Shown: positions 18,425 to 30,474 of the stretch, in pieces
Layout of the letters: every line of letters begins with the position of its first letter
Position numbering within the stretch: position 1 is the stretch's first letter
Assembly (NCBI GenBank): GCA_026936335.1
Contig: JAPMXV010000013.1
Location: 183,156-247,155, forward strand
DNA from: Mantamonas sphyraenae STR306
Taxonomy: Eukaryota; Protista; CRuMs
Length of the DNA: 64,000 nt
Direction of reading: 5' to 3'
Notes under the pieces: model-generated
Database searches by the model: none
Seen by the model: the letters and a program-made list of their open reading frames with translations, nothing else
What the model was told of the DNA's origin: nothing
Position numbers and translations under genes: made by a program

Positions 18425-21200
18425 ATGTCCCGCGTCAAGGCCTTCTTTGACAAGTTCAAAGGGAGTTCCGACATCAAACTCAGCGATGGATCAGTGCTGC
18501 AGGAGGTTTGTTTGTCATTTGTGGTGCTGTGTGCGCGATTGAGCCTGGGGAGCCGGTGCTGACGCGTTGATGATCAACGCCACAGGTTTTAGCGCAAGCG
18601 CTCGAAGCCGAGGAAACACACCTCGACTTGGCCAAGAAGGGAATCACAGACGGGGCAATGGGGGAAAGTACGTTGTGTGTGTGCGTGTTTAGCGTTTTGG
18701 GATCGCGTGTACGCGGTGCTGACACAGAAACACAACTTTCTCCGTTGAAAATTTCCTCAGTTGGCCGCTTCCTGATGACAAACGCAGCCCTGCAGAGCCT
18801 GGACCTGTCTCACAACGCAATCACAATCGAGGGAGCCGATGTCATCTTGAATGCACTGCGCCACAACTCATCGCTCACCTCCATCTCCCTGGAGGACAAC
18901 CAGATCGACGTGTGCGTTGCGAGGCGCAATCTCAGTCGAAGCCGTCACCGCCAAACTCACACCTTTGTGGTTCATTTTCGCACCAACGCCCATCACGCAC
19001 AGTGACACGGTTGTAGAGATCCGCCAGCTGTTGGCGTTGCGAAAGGTGAGTCTCACAACGAGGCACGAGGGCGAGTGTTCAGCTACCAATCCTAACAATT
19101 CATGCCCATTCCCATCCACAGCTATTTTCAACACCCATCGCAACGGCACCCATTCTGGAGTTTATGCACCAGCCGGTGTCGGGGGAGGCGGCGCGTACAC
19201 TTTGCCAGCAGCTGTGCACGGACGAGAGCATCAAGCGGCTGACTCTACATTGCTGCGAGTTTGGCGACTACGGCTGCTACGAACTGTGTACCACGCTGGA
19301 AGTGAACCGCTCGCTGCGTACACTCAATCTGTACAAAAACGACATCAGTCATGTGGGCATGGAGAGCCTTACAAGCGCGCTTGCCGAGCACCCGACAAAC
19401 ATAACCACACTTTCCCTGTACCAGAACCCGATTGGGGACAAGGGCGCTGTGTACCTGGCCAACCTGCTCACAAAGGACACCTGCAAGCTGCGCGGCCTGT
19501 ATCTGGGCAAGTGCAGCGTGGGTCCGATGGGGGCGAAGCAGCTCGGGCGTGCCCTTGCCTCCAACACCACTCTCCGTGAATTGGATCTGTACAAAAACCG
19601 CCTTAAGGACGCTGGGCTAGTGTATATTGCTCAGAGCCTGCGCAGCAACACGTCACTCATCGCATTGAACGTAGCTGGCCACCACGCTTCTTCGAGGACT
19701 ATGATGACTGCGGCCGAGCACGTGTGCGAAAGCACGAGCCTCCAGTCCCTGGATCTGGGGCTGGGTGTGTTTGACGCAGACACGTCAGCCAAGGTGTCAG
19801 CCATGGTCGATCCCGTGTTGGCCGCCAACGCAAAAGCTGCCCAGGAGGCAGCGTCGCTCTCGCCGTACCAGAAGAATCTGCAGCAGCTTCAGCGAGCTCG
19901 TGAGTTTCGCAAAATGATCGGCGACACGGATGTGCGGCGTTTACTCAAGTACCGCAAGATGAAGGAGCTTGCGCAGAGCGACGGCGGCAGCGCAGGGTTG
20001 CGTTCGTCCGTGCACGTCGATTCCCGCTATTCGCAAATGGTGATGCAGATGGAGCAGCTGGAGGCCATGGCATGGTACGGAGCCAATGTTAGCCTGGATC
20101 AGGCCAGCCAAGAGGCGCTGGTGTCGCAGGGTGCGGCCAAGCTTGGATCGGGCGGGGAGTCCTCGTTGTCGGGCTCGTTGCCGTTGGTCATGTCGTCTCC
20201 GTCGTCATCATCATCATTGTCGTCATCGCCGTCGTCTTCAGCGACGTTGGCGTCTCGCAATAAGCGCATTGGGAGCGGCAGCAGCAGCTCGCTGGCATCC
20301 AACTCGCCGCCAGGCTCACCGCGGTCACCGCTGCGAAGTTCGACGCGAGTGTCGTCGACCGACAAAGACGCAACGTTTGGGCGCACGAGCAGCTTGCTGA
20401 GTGGCAAACGACGCTCTGCAGCACGCCAGCTGTCGATGATGTCGGACGATTCACAGGCGAGCAGCGAAGACGGCGAAGACGAGATTGGAGAGCTCTTGGA
20501 CAAGAGCACACCACTGGAGCCGCCCAAACGCACACACAAGAAGAGCATGGCGCAACGCAAGCGAAAACTGTCGCTGTTGGATGGGAAACTGGTTGGAGAA
20601 GTGCACTTGGAGCAGCGCCAGGCTCAAGGGAGTAACAGTGGCGGCACACAGGCCTCTCAGGTGCTTTCGCGCAGCCGGGAGAGCTCGACGTCGAGCACAG
20701 AATCTGCCGAGGTGTTTGAGGATGTGTGGTGGGCGACGTCGTTTGCAATCGTCGAGATGATGGACGAGACGTGCGGGCCCACGAGTGGTCTGCGCAAGGC
20801 GGCGTCCATGTCAGACTTTGCAGAGCTGCGTGTTCTGTTGGACACATTGGGCACAGGCAAGATGGCGAAGGAGGAGGCTGGCGGCAAGGACAGCTCTGTT
20901 GATTCGCTTGTGCAGGTGCTCGTTTCGTCGCGCACAGAAGCCATGGAGGGTGATCTCACGCTTGAGTGGGAATCCGAGGATGGAGGAGATGGCCTTGGAA
21001 GCGACGTGGGAAGTAGCAGCAGCAAGCGTGGCTCAATGCGTTCGTCGTCAATGGGCCAGAAACCTCAGACCCAGAGTCTGAAGCTGGAAACCACGCTTCT
21101 CCGAGTCAAGGAAAGCAACGCACGAGCACAACCTCGCAGTGGTCAGTCTTCGGGCGAGTCCCGGACGAGCTTGCATGACCTTGTTGAAGAGGATGAATGA
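18425..21200 (+). CDS. RNI-like (NLRC3-type) LRR protein with long Ser-rich tail, 5 exons
   Basis: Exons 18425-18505, 18586-18667, 18761-18911, 19003-19045 and 19122-21200 splice in frame. About 28-aa LRRs such as LASNTTLRELDLYKNRLKDAG. Confidence 0.82.
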
Positions 21201-21249
21201 AGTGCAGCTCCGAACGAACCACCACAACTCGTCAACCTCTTTTCCACAC

Positions 21250-21889
21250 ATGGCAGACAACAAATTCTCGTTCCGGGACCTCACCGGAAAAGATTTTCTG
21301 AAGCTGGTGTTTCCTTTTGGATGGGGTGTAGGTGGAGTTCATGTGGAAGGGTCTCGAGATCCGTCCGCGCATTCCGCCCTTGCTCACTCGTCGTCGCACA
21401 GGTCACTGCATACGCGGCCGTGGCCGCATACGCAGGTGTAGGACGTGCCGTGCCGTCTCTTTTGGCGTTTGTGTCTGGCACCATTGCGTTTGTGCTCTTT
21501 CATCACATTTGTGAGTCGTGGCCTGGTTCTTCGGAACATTTTCCGCACAACCTCCGAAATCCACTTTCGCGCCCTGACACACATTCACAGGGAAGCACCA
21601 CCGCGACGCGTCGTACGCCCTGCAGAACAAAGAGGTGGAGGAAGCCACGATGCGCAGGCACTTTTGGTTTGGTATTGGCAATGTGGTGGTCGGGTTGATT
21701 CTGACGATTGTCTTTGCCGCACACATTGGCACAGCCATCCCTGCGCTGGACACACCTGCCGGAGCCGCAGATGCCATTTGGGGTGCGTTTCAGATGATCT
21801 GGGGTGCCATCTACGCATGGGACTTTCACAAGCTTCACCTGCACTCCGATTCCAAGGAACCGGCTCCCGAGAGCGGGGCAGAGGTCTGA
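21250..21889 (+). CDS. Small multi-pass membrane protein (about 154 aa), 3 exons
   Basis: Exons 21250-21306, 21402-21510 and 21591-21889 join in frame (introns end cacag). Contains 3-4 hydrophobic segments. Confidence 0.62.
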
Positions 21890-22261
21890 ACAGACCCTGC
21901 CATGATGCATGATGAGCCCCGGCAGATATAGCAGAGGACAGTAGCAGTATGGGCAACCAGCCCGTTGGTTGTTTCGGCAGGACCAGGAGCTCATCGACCA
22001 CTTTTCCCCCTTTTTGCCATGTGGGACCGACGCTGTGAGACCATGCACATACACAATGCATTGTTTGATGACCTGTGAGGGTATTCGTCTGTTAATTTTC
22101 ACAACAGCGTCCATGGAGTCTTGCACTGCGCATGGTGGCCCAGCATAGCCCTTGCCTGGAGATCGTCTCGTCGTGGTCGTTGGTCCCTCATCAGACAGAC
22201 ACACACATACACAGCACACACACAGAGAGAGATATAGTGAAAGAGAAAGAGAAAACGAAGC

Positions 22262-25200
22262 ATGTCGCAGTCGAGCGAGACGCCGTTTGCGAGCTGCGAG
22301 GACATCCTGAAACACCCGGCGTCCTCGTACTACCTGCAGGAGTACCTGAAGAACATTGATGAGGAGCATTACATGGCATTTTGGAATGTGTGCAGCCGGC
22401 TTGCGGGCATGAAAAACAAGTTCAAGCTCATGGACGCGGCCAAAAAGGCGTACGACCAGCACATCCGCAACAGCGACAGGAAACTGGAGCTGAACGAGCA
22501 GGTGATGCAGGAGCTGCAACGAGAACACATCGAAGGAGAGGCCAGTCTATGGAGCAAGTAAGTGGGAGATGGACAGAGAGACGGTTCGGACGGCCTTTGA
22601 CTGGGGTGAGGCGGTCAGGTGTGCGTGGAAAGCCACGCAAAATCGCTCGCCGCGCTGACAAACGAGGTGTATTGATGGGTTCGGCATCGACAACGCATCG
22701 CAGAGTGCAAGAGGAAGTGGCGCGCGTGCTCAAGGAGCGATTCTACGAAGACTTTGAAGACTCGAGTTTCTACAACAGCTATTTGCAGGCTTTGGTAGGT
22801 TGGGCGTCCCCTCCCGCTGCCATTTGCACCGTGGATTTTTGAACGGCCCCACTGACACACGAGCGACCGCACGACGTACGCCACATTGCGCACGGGGATG
22901 CATGGACGCGTTTGCTGAGGACACAGGAGCCGAGCGAGGAAAAGGTGAAAGGTTCGCTGCAGAAGCAGGGCGAAAAGGGACTGACCAAGAGCTGGAAGAA
23001 GCGGTACTTTGCCTTGTCGGGCGACCAGCTGGAGTATTTCAAAAGCGAGGGCAAAGCCGCACAGGGAGCCATTGACATGACGCAGGTGACAAGTGTGCCG
23101 CTGCATCTGCGTGACGGCGAGGTGTCTCCCACGCCAGATAAGAAACACTGGGGCTGTGGCTTCCAAGTGGTACGTTTTGGTGACGCGCGTGGCCAAACGC
23201 ACACACACTCACTCACGCACGCACGCACGCACTCACACCGAACTGGGACGACCTGGGACGACCCACTCGTGCGCAGATTACCGAGTCGCGTACGTATTAC
23301 CTCTGTGCAGAGACCCCGTACGAAAAGCTGGAATGGATCAAGAACCTGAAGCGTGAGCTGGGCCGCATCCATGCGGGTGAGCAGCAGCAGATGGTGAACC
23401 GACGTGGATCTGTGGTACGCCACAACACACGTACAGACATGGGATCGGGTAGCTCGTCGCGCTCGTCGCTGCTGAGGTTGCAAAGCGAGGAAGGCGGGTC
23501 GTCAGGGCGCAACAAGCAGCGTATCAACATGGAAGAGTCGGAGAGCGCGGCAGAAAAGGAACAGGACGCAAAGAAGCAGGCTGAGGAGCAGCGTGCACAG
23601 GCTGAGGCGGCGGAGAAGGAGGAAAAGGCGCGCAAGGAGGAGGCGGAGAAACGCAAGCGGGAGGAGGAAGAAGCGGAACGAAAGAGGCTGCAGGAGGAGA
23701 AGGAACGTGCGGAGGCCGAGGCTGAGGCGGAAGCACAACGCAAGCGCCAGGAGGAAGAGGCAAAAGCCAAGGCGGAGGCGGAAGCCGAGGCAGAACGCAA
23801 ACGCAAGAAAGAAGAGGAGGAGCGCAAGGAACGAGAGCGCCTGGCAGCGTTGAAAGCCAAAGAGGAAGAGGACAAACGCTTGGCAGAACTCAAGGCCAAG
23901 GAAGAGGCGGAGCAGAAGCGCAAGGAGGAGGAGGCGGCGGAGAAGAAACGGGCTGAGGAAGAAGCGGCGCGGTTGGAGGAAGCTCGCAAGCAGGCGGAGA
24001 AGGAAGAAGCAGAAAAGAGGCGGCAGGAAGAGGAAGAAGCGGCGCGTCAAAAGGCGGAGGAGGAGCGCAAGCGAGCAGAGGAGGAGGCGAAGCAGAAGAA
24101 GGCAGCGGAAGAGGAAGCGAGGAAGCAGAAAGAGGCGGAGGAAAAGGCACAGCGGGAGCGAGAGGCACGGGAAAAGAAGGAGCAAGAAGAAAGGGAGGCT
24201 GCGCGTCTGGCGAAAATCCAGGCGGAGGAGGAGGAGCGGATCCGAAAGAAGCTGGAGCGGGAAAAGGCGGAGCAGGCGGCAAAGCAGGCGCAGCTGGAGA
24301 AGGATCAGGCCGCGTTGGAAGCAGCACGGAAAAAGCAGGAGGAAGAGGAAAGGGAGCGAGCACAAAAGGCAAAGGAGGCAGATGAAGAACGCAAGGCGGT
24401 GGCGGCGGCGGAGGCAAAGGCGGCGGAGGCAAAGGCGGCCGCGGAGAAGGCACGCGCAGCGGAAGAGGAGCAGAGGCGCAAGGCAGCAGCAGATGCAGAG
24501 GCTGCCAAAAAGGCACAGGAGGCAGCTGAGAAGGCAAAGGCGGAGGAAGAGAAAGCCAAGGCAGAAGCTGAGCAAAAGGCTGAAGTGGAGTTGCAGGAAA
24601 AGGTGGAGGCTGAGCAGCAGGACGAGGAAGCACTGGTGGATGAGTTGCAGCAGCAGCCGGAGGAAGAAGAAGTGGAAGGGGAGGAGGAGGAGGAGGAGGA
24701 GAGGGAGGACAACGTGGTCAAGGTGACCAACGAGACGGAGCTGTTTGATGCGCTGGCAGAGCCGGACACAAGCGGGGCGGTGACGACGTTGGTGCTGTCA
24801 GAGATGGAATTTGCGGTGGGTGACGGTATGGTAGTGCTTGCAAGCGAGACGGAAGCTGTGGAGAGCGACGGAGCACGCATGGCAAGTCTTGCAGGGCGCA
24901 AGGCGGCGGCTGTGGAAGCGGAGGAGTTTGAAGAAGCAGCGGCGCTGAAGAAGCAACTGGCAGAGGTGGAGGCGAGCGCGTGCACAAACACAGTGTACAA
25001 AGTGCCCGTGGAAGGCGCAGACGAAGAGGTGTTTGTGCAGCTGGACAACAATGGGACGTGGAGGCGTGTGTTGCCTGGTGGGAGCGACCGTGTGCAGCTG
25101 GTGAGGTCGCGACAGCGAGCAAGCACGACTGTGGCGCAACGAAACGCTCTGGCGAGCCTGCTGGATGAGATGGTGAAGAGTGTGGACGAGGGCAATGCGG

Positions 25201-26948
25201 AGGAGATGGTGAGTTTTGTGCGGGATTTGTTCTACTACCGGTTCCTGTTGACCAAGCAGGTTGCGGAGGAGCCCGCGGACGAGGACGAAGACACGGAAGG
25301 AGAGATGGCTGGTGACGCAAGGCCGCTGGTGCTGCCGAGGCACACCCATGCCAGCCGGATTGTGAAGATTGTGGTGGGAGTGCTGGGTCACGGGGTACGC
25401 AACCACAACACCAAGTTTTGGCAAAGCAAAACGACGCTGTGGGACGCCCTTCAGCGTGCGCCGTTCTTTGCAGAGGCGGGCCCAATGCTGGAGAAGATCG
25501 AACGTGCGCCGCTGCACAATTACCCGTCGCACCAGGCGGGAGCGCTGCGTGCGGGACTGCTTGTGACAGAGGCGCTGAACCAAGGGGTGCTGAGCGACTG
25601 GCTGCGCACCATGCTTTTGGACGTGGATTACATGAACCACACGTACGTGAAGGAGGCGCTGCTGTTCAATCCGGACACGGGCAAGTACTTTCTGATTGCT
25701 GTGCGTGGCGTGCAGCAGCGCATGCGCTTCCGCATTCGCCTCAACGCCCAGATCTTTCTGGCTCCGTACCAAACGGCTGTGTCGTATCTGGAAAGGCAAA
25801 TGGAGGCGACGGATGGGCGGCCGGTTGTACGTCCTGGCGCGACAGCGGCAAGGCAGCCGAGCACTCCCGTGCGTGCACAGGTGACATCAACGTCGAGCAG
25901 CAGTGGCAGGGTCAATGGCAGTGCACAAGAAACATTGCAGGCAGCAACGACGACGCCAACGCAGCAGCAGCAGCAAAAGGCGGTGGTGGCCCAAGAAGAG
26001 CCACAACAGGAGCAGCAGGTTGTACAAGAGGCCAACACGTCGATTTTCACGGCGCAGCAAGCGGCTGCGTATGGAATTGGGTCACCAAGCACACCGTTGA
26101 GTGGATCCGGAGCGAGTGGCGAGGGTTCGGGCCTGAATCTGGGCGCCCTTGGCACAATCAGCTTTTCGTTGGGCGGCAGCAACAGCAGCAGCAGCAGCAG
26201 CAGCAGCAACTCGTCTTCTGCGAGCGCCTCATCGAACGGGTCGTCGCCAAATGTGTTCAATGTGATGAAGGCGACGAGCATCTTCAAGTCGTCGGGACGG
26301 GGACGCAACGAGAGCGACGATGGCAGCTCTGTGGGCAGCACAGAGAGCGGAAGTGAGGGCGGGATGGCGTCGCGGGACGAGCGGCTGGCAGAGCTGATCA
26401 ACAAGTTGCTGGGTCCAGTGACCGAGGCAACGGAGGCAGTGGTGGCGCACGTGAAGGAGAGCGGGAGCGGATCGGACGCAGAGGACAAGGTGTTGGCCAA
26501 GTTGGTGCGAGATGACCTGTGTGGTGCGCTTGTGTCGCTGATTCTGAAGCGGTTCAAGTACCAGCGGCTGTTTGCAAAGGACTACACGGCGGCAGACATG
26601 CTGGAAGAGTTGAGCGGAGGCAACGCGTCGTCGGACGTGGTGATGCTGGGGTACAACAAACTGGTGGCACGGCTAAAAGCAAACAAACACCTGCAGAACG
26701 ACCCACACATGCGGTACCGCACTTGGGTGGTGGGGGCGCTGAACGCAGGAATGCTGGCCGAGTGGCTGGGCATGCTTCTGGAGAACAAGGAGGTGGCCAA
26801 CAAGTACTACGAGCCCAACGCTCCGCTGCGCAACAAGCCGCTGGTTACACAGTTGTTGGAGGTGCTGCGGCAGCTGAACGATGTGCAGTTTGAGCTGGAT
26901 CTGTCGTACGAGTTGCGGAAGCTGCAAGCGCGTGCAGGCAGGCAGTGA
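22262..26948 (+). CDS. RGS - PH - long E/K/R helix - UVR-like motif - RUN - RUN protein, 4 exons
   Basis: Exons 22262-22557, 22704-22794, 22927-23169 and 23277-26948. RGS (EDILKHP..YLQEYL..FW..YDQHI..F..S), PH (KGSLQKQG..SWKKRYF..RTYYLCAE..EWIKNL) and two RUN-like domains (RTWVVGALNAGMLAEWL..KYYEPNAPL). Confidence 0.82.
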
Positions 26949-26989
26949 AGATTGGATGGTGCTGTGGCTTTGTTGCGTTTTGTTGTTCT

Positions 26990-28303
26990 CTATCCCCTTC
27001 GCATTCCTCTCTTGCCCACAAAGATGACCTCGCCGCTGCGGGTGAAGCGAAAGTTGGGGTCGATGATTTCGCCGGCCGGGAGGGCCACGTTGCGGTAGTG
27101 CTGGGAACAGGCGTAGCCGACACGGTTGGGCACGTAGGTTGCAAAGAGTCCCCACTTGTTGCCGCAGCCGTAGGTGCGGGCAGTGTCGAGAAATGCGCGG
27201 TGTTCCTCCTCGGACCACTCGCCAAACCATTCCTCCTTGCCCGGGGCCACGTGGCGGTAGAAAAACTGGTTTGGGTTCTTGCGCATCATGACATAGGCCT
27301 GCCATTTGGCCTGGGACCAGCCTGCAGGCTTGCTCTTGCCCACCTTCATGCCGCCGGTGGGGTCTTTGCGGCTAAAGGTGCCGCCGCCGTTCTGTTCCCA
27401 GGCGGCGTTTGCGTCCTCTGCAATGCCGAGCTCAATGCGCACGTCCTCATTGACCCATCCTGTGAAACGGCCAGTGCTGCGGTATGCGTCTGTGATGTCG
27501 ACGCCGATGAGGGCGAAATACTCTTCGGCTGTCAGCAGTTCCTGTGGCTGCAAGGCCTCCTCGGCAGCCTTGAAGAACTCTGGGTTCTTCTCCTTCTCTG
27601 CAGGCTCTGCCAGACGCCTGGATCGTCGTGTAGGCTCTGCTGGCGCCTTGCTGCTGCCTCCCTCGCCGCTGCTGCGCTTCTTGCGGCGTTTGCGTGCGGG
27701 CGCCCCTGCTTTGCTGCGGCCTCCCTCGCTCTCCACCTCCTTTGCAGCCTGCGCCATGCCCAGCTCAAGCATCATGCGCTGGTTTTCTCGGATGCGCTCC
27801 ATTCTCGCGCGCTCGTATTCGTTGTCTGCCGACACTGCGTCCACGGGGGGCTGCAGCATGAAGCCGTCGTCTTCTTCGTCCTCGTCGTCTTCCTCGTCGC
27901 TGTACCCTTCCTCTTCCTGGTCCTCCTTGTGCTCCACAATCGGGGCGTGGCCCTGTTTAGGTGTGTCTTGCACGCGGATGGGCATCTTTCGCTTGCGCTT
28001 GCGTGTGCCTGTGCTGTTTCTGGCCGCGTTGGTAGCTGGTTGCTGAAGCAGCTCTTCGACCATTTCGTTTTGCTGAGCCAGAATGGCAGCCAGACCACCC
28101 GAGGGTGCCGTTGTGGCAGCCGCCGAGCTAGCTGGAGTGCTTGGCGATTCTTTGATGGCACTCACTGCCTTGATTGCATCTGCGCTTTGCGCCAGGGGCA
28201 CGGACTAGGGGGCGCACTCAAAAACGTCAGCCGCGCGAAATTGGCGCCAAAAATTGCGCAGCGGGGCCTCGCTACATACCTGTCTGACTACAAACCGATC
28301 CAT
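26990..28303 (-). CDS. Myb/SANT-domain nuclear protein with a 24-nt first coding exon (MDRFVVRQ)
   Basis: Exon 28303-28280, intron GTATGT..GCTGAC..CTAG (28279-28205), exon 28204-26990. KNPNQFFYRH..GEWSEEEHRAFL..WGLFATYVPNRVGYACSQHYR. Basic NLS-like stretches. Confidence 0.78.
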
Positions 28304-28402
28304 GGGTGTGATGATACTTTGGGGGCGATTTGAAGGGACGGGGCAGGTGTGTGGTTGGGAGTGTGTGTGTGTGGATTGTGTTGGATGGGCAGGAGTTTGT
28401 TT

Positions 28403-29605
28403 TTACCCGTCCTTTTTGTACACCTGCGGGTTGTACAGCTTTGCGGCGGTGCTGTTCTGGTCGAGAGCAATGAACCAACCGATGATGGTGAGGGGAACCT
28501 GCATGATGAGCTCGAACCAGATGTTGACGCGGGGCGAGACACCGGTGGCCAAGATGCGGAGCCAGTTGAGGAGGAGCTCGTTGCTGACGTGGTACTCACC
28601 GAGCTGGAGGCCACGGATGAGGGCGTCTGCGGCCTGGTCGCAGGTGGCGAGGTCAGAGGTGCCCTCGATCTGGCGGGTGACCTCTGGCTTGCGCTGCTCT
28701 TCGACGGCAAAGCCGGGCGAGTCCATGTTGCCTGGGTAGTAGTTGTTGACGCGGATCTGGAAGCCCGAGAGTTCGTTGGCCAGTGCGTCGCCAAAAGCTC
28801 GCAGGGCCCACTTGCTGGGGGCGTAGGCGGCATAGCCAGCAAAGGAGACCAGAGCGGCGGCCGAGCTGACCAGCGAGATAAGACCCTGGTTACGTGCCTG
28901 CATGCTGGGGAGCACAGCCTTGACCGCATGCACTGCGCCCAGGTAGTTTGTGTTCTGTGCACGAGGAGGTGGTTGTAAACGCGGTCGTGTCAGCGGGCAA
29001 CACGCATTTGTTGCGTGGCGCCTTGGCTCGAGGTTTCCGGGCGCCGCACCAGTGCAGGGAGCCGTTTGTGAGGGTGACAAACACACACGCCAACATACCA
29101 TCTGCTGTGCAAATACACTTGCGTCGAGGTCGACAATCATTCCCGGGTGGGCAGAGCCGGCACAGGCAAAGAGCACGTTGACGGGCGCCCCTTGCTCCTC
29201 GACCAGTTCCTCGACAGCGGCCTTGACGGCGTCAAAGTCGCTTGCGTCGGCACTCTTCCACAGGTACTTGCGTGAAATGGTGCCCGGGCCCTTCTTGCCA
29301 GCCTCGGCGATCTCCTTGCAGGCGTTCTCCAGCTTGGTCGGGTTGCGTGCGATGATGCTGACGTTGGCGCCGCGTGCAGCCATCTTTTTGGCCAAGGAGA
29401 AGCCTAGGCCCGAGGAGCCACCGGTGATGAGGACGTGTTCGCCCTGCACAACGAGACCCGGGGCGGTGATGGCCTTGTAGACCCAGTTGAGCATGGCCAG
29501 GGTGGCGGTGAGGAGGAACAGGTCCAGCATAACCATGCCTGTGGGCAGGACCAGCTCGTAGTCGACGTAGGGAAGCGGGATGGTGACAGACGGGATGGTG
29601 AACAT
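28403..29605 (-). CDS. KDSR: 3-ketodihydrosphingosine reductase (Tsc10/FVT1, SDR family), 2 exons
   Basis: N-terminal TM, HVLITGGSSGLG, NYLG, YAAYAPSKWALR, PGNMDSPGFAVEEQRKP, C-terminal TM. In-frame intron 29098-28955. Confidence 0.9.
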   Translation of the reverse strand: MFTIPSVTIPLPYVDYELVLPTGMVMLDLFLLTATLAMLNWVYKAITAPGLVVQGEHVLITGGSSGLGFSLAKKMAARGANVSIIARNPTKLENACKEIAEAGKKGPGTISRKYLWKSADASDFDAVKAAVEELVEEQGAPVNVLFACAGSAHPGMIVDLDASVFAQQMVCWRVCLSPSQTAPCTGAAPGNLEPRRHATNACCPLTRPRLQPPPRAQNTNYLGAVHAVKAVLPSMQARNQGLISLVSSAAALVSFAGYAAYAPSKWALRAFGDALANELSGFQIRVNNYYPGNMDSPGFAVEEQRKPEVTRQIEGTSDLATCDQAADALIRGLQLGEYHVSNELLLNWLRILATGVSPRVNIWFELIMQVPLTIIGWFIALDQNSTAAKLYNPQVYKKDG

Positions 29606-29886
29606 GGCGTCGTGGACGCTTGGGTGGTTGGGTGGTTGGTTGGCACGAGGGGAGCACCGGAGTGCGCTGGCGGACGCAGCAGGAAGGGAAGCAGCATGGT
29701 AGGGGCGTATTCCCCATGGGGAAGGGAAGAGAAGGGAGCCACAGGCGGCTGAATTGGCATGCAATTGTGTGGGTGTGGCATGGACACGGCTGGTGACGGT
29801 ACACAGGGGGTGCGAGAGCGCGGGGTTGCTCACACTCACAGGCGCGCGTTGACTGGCAGAGCAAGAGGAGTAGCAATGCGCGGACA

Positions 29887-30441
29887 ATGTGGGAAGGGGT
29901 CAAACTGGGCGTGGTGATGATTCCTGCGCTGATGTGTGTGCAGAACAACGTGGGGGGCTACGTGCACGTTGTCGGGGCGTCGATGACGCCGACGCTGAAC
30001 CCGGAGTGGGACTCGTACGCCAAAACGGGCTCCGAGTACGTGCTGGTGGAGCGGTTCTCCATTGTGCACCGTTTCCAATACCGACGAGGCAGCATTGTGA
30101 CGCTTCACTCGCCGACACAGCCCGGACGACACATGGTCAAGCGGTTGGTGGGCATCGAGGGGGACCGCGTGCGTCCACGCCGCAGGGTCAACAAGGGCTA
30201 CTGGCGCGAGCAGCTGGAGGCGCAGCACATCGGATTGAGTGTGTTGCGTGAGGACGGCGGTGCAGAGATGCCTCCGGTGGAGCGTGAGTTGGACCTGCCC
30301 GAGGGTCACTGTTGGGTGGAAGGCGACAACACACACAACAGCATCGACAGCAACGACTTTGGGCCCGTGCCGTTGTCCATGATCACAGGCCGTGTAGTGT
30401 GTGTGATCTGGCCACCGAGCAAGTGGCGGTGGGTGGAATAA
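29887..30441 (+). CDS. IMMP2L: Mitochondrial inner membrane peptidase subunit 2 (S26)
   Basis: GASMTPTLNP (catalytic Ser), VKRLVGIEGD (catalytic Lys), PEGHCWVEGDN..SIDSNDFGPV..IWPP. Confidence 0.9.
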   Translation: MWEGVKLGVVMIPALMCVQNNVGGYVHVVGASMTPTLNPEWDSYAKTGSEYVLVERFSIVHRFQYRRGSIVTLHSPTQPGRHMVKRLVGIEGDRVRPRRRVNKGYWREQLEAQHIGLSVLREDGGAEMPPVERELDLPEGHCWVEGDNTHNSIDSNDFGPVPLSMITGRVVCVIWPPSKWRWVE

Positions 30442-30474
30442 TGGAATAGAACGAAGCTGTACATTTCGGGTGCC

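Noticed and set aside
21895-22020. Possible ncRNA (ATGATGA box-C-like, GATGAGC/GCTCATC inverted repeat, T-run; GGGGCTCA on the - strand as in RNase MRP)
   Set aside because: No matching CTGA D box and no MRP CR-I pairing partner were found. Support is too weak without an Infernal search.
21585-22114. Protein-looking minus-strand frames in the 370-bp spacer
   Set aside because: No coherent start/splice/stop model, and they would overlap the small membrane gene.
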